A stretch of DNA of 64,000 bases from an uncultured Gemmatimonadales bacterium (GTDB taxonomy: Bacteria; Gemmatimonadota; Gemmatimonadetes; Gemmatimonadales; GWC2-71-9). The notes beneath the pieces were generated by a model. The model made no database searches, had not been told where the DNA came from, and saw only the letters and a program-made list of their open reading frames with translations. Each line of letters begins with the position of its first letter. Positions within the stretch are counted from its first letter, which is position 1. This document shows positions 60,314 to 64,000 of this stretch, one piece after another. The position numbers were made by a program, and so were the translations under genes. The stretch lies in the NCBI GenBank assembly GCA_963771275.1, contig CAVYSW010000010.1, forward strand, positions 288,001-352,000. Direction: 5' to 3'.

Positions 60314-61255
60314 ATGACGGAGTCCGTCTGTGTTGCCGCGGAGCTCGAGGAGCTGCTCGATCCCGAGCCGGTGCCCGGCTGCTGCATCGAGTGGCTCGAC
60401 GCCGGCGCCGCGACGCCGGTGGGGGCGCACGTGGCGATCGTGCCGCTGCTCTCGCGCCGGATCGGCGAGGTGGAGCTCGCGGGGCTGCCCCGGCTGCGGG
60501 TCGTGGCGAACTGCGCGGTCGGGGTCGACAACGTCGATCTCGCGGCGTGCGCGCGGCGCCGGGTGATTGTGACCAACACGCCGGACGTGCTGACCGACGC
60601 GACGGCCGACCTCACGATGGCGCTGATCCTCGCCGTGGCCCGACGCCTCGGCGAGGGCCAGCGCCTGATCGAGCGCGGCGCTTGGCAGGGGTGGGACCCC
60701 CGTCTCCTGCTCGGTCTCGAGCTGCGCGGCGCCATGCTCGGCATCGTCGGCGCGGGTCGCATCGGCCGCGCGGTGGGGCGAAGGGCCGTGGGGTTCGGCC
60801 TGCGGCTGTGTTACGCCGACGGCACGGCACAGAGCGCCTTCGAGCTCGAGACGGGAGCGCGGCGCCTTGCGCTGGACGAGCTGCTTGCCCGGTGCGACGT
60901 GGTGACGTTGCACCTGCCATCGACGCCCGAGACCCGGGGCCTGATCGGGCGGCAGGCGCTCGCGGGCATCCGGCGCGGGGCGATCCTCATCAACACGGCC
61001 CGGGGCGACATCGTGGACGAGCCGGCGGTGATCGCGGCGCTGGAGGAGGGACGGCTCGGCGGGGTGGGCCTCGATGTGTTCGCGCGCGAGCCGGACGTGC
61101 CGGCGGCCTTGATCCACCATCCCCGCGCCGTCGTGCTCCCGCATCTCGGCAGCGCGACCACCCACACCCGCCGGGCGATGGCCGCGCTTGCCGTGCGCAA
61201 CGTGAACGCGGTGCTGGCCGGGGAGCCTCCGCTCACGCCGGTTGGGCCTCGTTGA
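60314..61255 (+). CDS. D-isomer 2-hydroxyacid dehydrogenase (glyoxylate reductase-like)
   Basis: AVGVDNVD, NTPDVLT, GAGRIG, INTARG, GLDVFAREP and LPHLGSAT. Confidence 0.92.
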   Translation: MTESVCVAAELEELLDPEPVPGCCIEWLDAGAATPVGAHVAIVPLLSRRIGEVELAGLPRLRVVANCAVGVDNVDLAACARRRVIVTNTPDVLTDATADLTMALILAVARRLGEGQRLIERGAWQGWDPRLLLGLELRGAMLGIVGAGRIGRAVGRRAVGFGLRLCYADGTAQSAFELETGARRLALDELLARCDVVTLHLPSTPETRGLIGRQALAGIRRGAILINTARGDIVDEPAVIAALEEGRLGGVGLDVFAREPDVPAALIHHPRAVVLPHLGSATTHTRRAMAALAVRNVNAVLAGEPPLTPVGPR

Positions 61256-61289
61256 CCCTGTTCCCTCGCGCCGCTACCTTGCCTCCGCT

Positions 61290-61844
61290 ATGTCCGCCCC
61301 CGCGGGACGCACCACCCTCCTCGATGCCCGGGCGATTGCCGCGGCACTCGATCGTATGGCTCGGGAAATCATGGTGTTGGCCGGTGACCCGGACCGCCTG
61401 GTGCTGGTGGGGATCCAGCGCCGCGGCGTCGAGCTGGCCGACCGCGTCGGCGCCATCCTCGAACGGCAGCGCGGCGTACCCGTGCCGCGCGGCGCGCTCG
61501 ACATCACGCTGTACCGCGACGACCTGAACGAGATCGGGCCACGCCCGGTGATCGGCGAGACCCGCCTGCCCGGGGACCTCGACGGGAAGGTGGTGGTCAT
61601 CGTGGACGACGTGTTGTTCACCGGGCGCACCATCCGGGCGGCGCTCGATCAGATCGCCGATTTCGGCCGGCCGGCGCGCATCGGGCTCTGCGTCCTGATC
61701 GATCGGGGCGGCCGCGAGCTGCCGATCCAGGCCGATATCGTGGGCCAGAGCGTCGCCGCGGCCCCGCGCGATCGGGTGGACGTGTCGCTGTCGGAGGTGG
61801 ACGGGCGGGACAGCGTGGACCTCGTGCGGAGCGCGGCACCGTGA
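61290..61844 (+). CDS. pyrR: Pyrimidine operon attenuation protein / uracil phosphoribosyltransferase
   Basis: [24 protein letters not shown] and DRGGRELPI. Confidence 0.95.
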   Translation: MSAPAGRTTLLDARAIAAALDRMAREIMVLAGDPDRLVLVGIQRRGVELADRVGAILERQRGVPVPRGALDITLYRDDLNEIGPRPVIGETRLPGDLDGKVVVIVDDVLFTGRTIRAALDQIADFGRPARIGLCVLIDRGGRELPIQADIVGQSVAAAPRDRVDVSLSEVDGRDSVDLVRSAAP

Positions 61845-62809
61845 CCCTTGCCCTCGGCAAAGACCTCATCGGCCTCGAGTACCTCTCCCCCGAGCAGATT
61901 CGTCTCATTCTCGACACGGCGGAACCCTTCAAGGAAGTCAGCGAGCGCGCCATCAAGAAGGTCCCCACGCTGCGCGGCCAGACCATCGTGAACCTGTTCT
62001 ACGAGGCCTCGACCCGCACGCGCACGTCCTTCGAGTTCGCGGAGAAGCGGCTGTCGGCGGACACGGTGAACATCGCTGCGCAGGGCTCCTCGATCCAGAA
62101 GGGCGAGACGCTGGTGGACACGGCGCGCAACCTCGAGGCGATGCGGATCGACATGGTCGTGGTGCGGCACCCGTCCTCGGGGGCGGCGCAGTTCCTCGCG
62201 GAGCGGATCAACTCGAACGTGATCAACGCGGGCGACGGCACGCACGAGCATCCCACACAGGGGCTGCTCGACCTCCTCACGGTGCGGGACAAGCTGGGCA
62301 CGATCGCCGGCGCGCGGGTGTGCATCTGCGGCGACATCCTCCACAGCCGCGTCGCCCGCAGCAATATCTGGGGCCTGCTCAAGCTCGGGGCCGAGGTCGC
62401 GGTCTGTGGCCCGCAGTCGCTGCTGCCGCGGCACATCGAGCAGCTCGACGTCAGAGTGTTCCGCCGCATCGAGGACGCGATCGCCTGGGCGGACGTGCTG
62501 AACGTGCTGCGGCTGCAGCTCGAGCGGATGAACGCGGGGTTCATTCCGTCGCTGCGGGAGTACTACCGCGTGTTCGGCGTGACCGCGGAGCGTCTGGCGC
62601 GGGCGCCAAAGCCGCTGGTGATCCTGCATCCGGGGCCGATCAACCGCGGCGTGGAGATCGATTCCCAGGTGGCGGACGGCCCGCACAGCGTGATCCTGCA
62701 CCAGGTGACCAACGGCGTGGCGGTGCGCATGGCGGTGCTGTACCTGCTGACCGGCGGCCGGCCGGATCTGGCGGAGGCCGCCAAGGGCGGCCGGGAGGGC
62801 GGGGAATGA
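61841..62809 (+). CDS. pyrB: Aspartate carbamoyltransferase catalytic subunit
   Basis: [23 protein letters not shown] and HPGPINRG. Confidence 0.97.
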   Translation: MTLALGKDLIGLEYLSPEQIRLILDTAEPFKEVSERAIKKVPTLRGQTIVNLFYEASTRTRTSFEFAEKRLSADTVNIAAQGSSIQKGETLVDTARNLEAMRIDMVVVRHPSSGAAQFLAERINSNVINAGDGTHEHPTQGLLDLLTVRDKLGTIAGARVCICGDILHSRVARSNIWGLLKLGAEVAVCGPQSLLPRHIEQLDVRVFRRIEDAIAWADVLNVLRLQLERMNAGFIPSLREYYRVFGVTAERLARAPKPLVILHPGPINRGVEIDSQVADGPHSVILHQVTNGVAVRMAVLYLLTGGRPDLAEAAKGGREGGE

Positions 62810-64000
62810 AGCCGCTGCTGCTCAAGGGCGGGCGGATCATCGATCCTTCGCGGGGGTTCGATCAGACGGCCGACCTGCTGGTGCAGGACGGCGTGATCGC
62901 CGGCGTGGGGCGCGGGCTCGGCGCGCCCGATGGGGTCGAAACGATGGACGTGGCCGGCCTGGTGGTGGCGCCGGGCCTGATCGATCTGCACACCCACCTG
63001 CGCGAGCCGGGCTACGAGGATCGGGAGACGATCGCCACCGGCGCGATGGCGGCGGCGGCCGGCGGCTTCACGGCGGTCTGCGCCATGCCGAACACGGATC
63101 CGCCGATCGACAACCAGTCCGCGGTGGGCTTCGTGGTGAAGCAGGGCCTGGCCGCGGCGGCGGCGCGGGTCTACCCCATCGGGGCGGTCTCGCTGGGGCA
63201 GAAGGGCGAGCAGCTCGCCGAGTTCGGCGAGCTGGTGGGCGCCGGAGCGGTCGCGGTGAGCGACGACGGACACCCGGTGGCCTCGGGGCACCTGATGCGC
63301 ACGGCGCTGGAGTACGCGCGCACGTTCGGCATTCCGGTCGCGGACCACTGCGAGGAGCCGAGCCTGGCGCAGGGCGGCGTGATGCACGAAGGCCTGGTCG
63401 CGACGCGGCTCGGGCTCAAGGGGATCCCCGCGGTGGCCGAGGAGATCATGGTGGCCCGCGACATCCTGCTCGCGCGCCTGACGAGTGGGCGGGTGCACCT
63501 GTGTCACATGTCCACGCGCGGGTCGGTGGACCTGATCCGCCGCGCCAAGGACGAAGGGCTGGCGGTGACCGCGGAGGCGACGCCGCACCATTTCACGCTG
63601 ACGCACGACGCCTGCAACGGTTACAACACCAACGCGAAGATGAACCCGCCGCTGCGCGAGCCCGAGGACGTCGCGGCGATCCGCGCGGCGCTGAAGGACG
63701 GGACGATCGACGTGATCGCCACGGATCACGCCCCGCATCACTACGACGCCAAGGAGCGGGACTTCGACGACGCGCCGTTCGGCATCGTCGGGCTCGAGAC
63801 GGCGCTGGGCCTGGGGCTCACGGTGCTGGTGGAGGGCGGCGTGCTCACGCTGCCCGAGCTGGTCGCCCGCATGAGCACCGTTCCGGCGCGGACGTTCCGG
63901 CTGCCCGGCGGCGGACTGGCGCCGGGCGCTCCAGCCGACGTGGTCGTGTTCGACCCGCAGGCCCGGACGAGGGTCGACCCGCAGCGGTTCTACTCCAAGA
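62806..64000 (+). CDS. pyrC: Dihydroorotase (3' partial)
   Basis: ATGA overlap with pyrB. Translated by eye: [14 protein letters not shown]...[14 protein letters not shown]...MPNT...KMNPPLR...ATDHAPH. Confidence 0.95.
   Translation, partial: MKPLLLKGGRIIDPSRGFDQTADLLVQDGVIAGVGRGLGAPDGVETMDVAGLVVAPGLIDLHTHLREPGYEDRETIATGAMAAAAGGFTAVCAMPNTDPPIDNQSAVGFVVKQGLAAAAARVYPIGAVSLGQKGEQLAEFGELVGAGAVAVSDDGHPVASGHLMRTALEYARTFGIPVADHCEEPSLAQGGVMHEGLVATRLGLKGIPAVAEEIMVARDILLARLTSGRVHLCHMSTRGSVDLIRRAKDEGLAVTAEATPHHFTLTHDACNGYNTNAKMNPPLREPEDVAAIRAALKDGTIDVIATDHAPHHYDAKERDFDDAPFGIVGLETALGLGLTVLVEGGVLTLPELVARMSTVPARTFRLPGGGLAPGAPADVVVFDPQARTRVDPQRFYSK

Overview
High-GC bacterial chromosomal window. Gemmatimonadota-like is an inference from the Hanks-kinase/TolB-propeller gene families and the short intergenic repeats. 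Housekeeping genes flank it: partial clpB, tadA and ppk1 on the left; ftcD, pyrR, pyrB and partial pyrC on the right. Two minus-strand tRNA-Ser genes (GGA at 10764-10850, CGA at 60160-60246) bracket about 49 kb of mostly accessory genes, including transporters, secreted propeller proteins and the glyoxylate-shunt genes aceA, aceB and aceK. The most striking feature is a 13.4 kb tandem array of five intact Ser/Thr kinases (31888-45281). Four have a conserved kinase domain, a TM helix and a divergent TolB-like propeller; one is a soluble kinase-TPR protein. The array has a candidate structured RNA leader upstream and contains a 43-codon deletion relic of a sixth kinase that keeps translational coupling at both ends. 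It is followed by a ceruloplasmin-like two-domain copper oxidase and a PP2C phosphatase. Other leads are an ECF sigma/anti-sigma/mini-secretin-like triad, a small (D/E)RR-repeat protein family with two copies, a compositionally atypical orphan gene, and several families of inverted heptamer/nonamer repeats. No integrase, transposase, CRISPR array or reverse transcriptase was seen. All product calls come from motif recognition by eye, not database searches.
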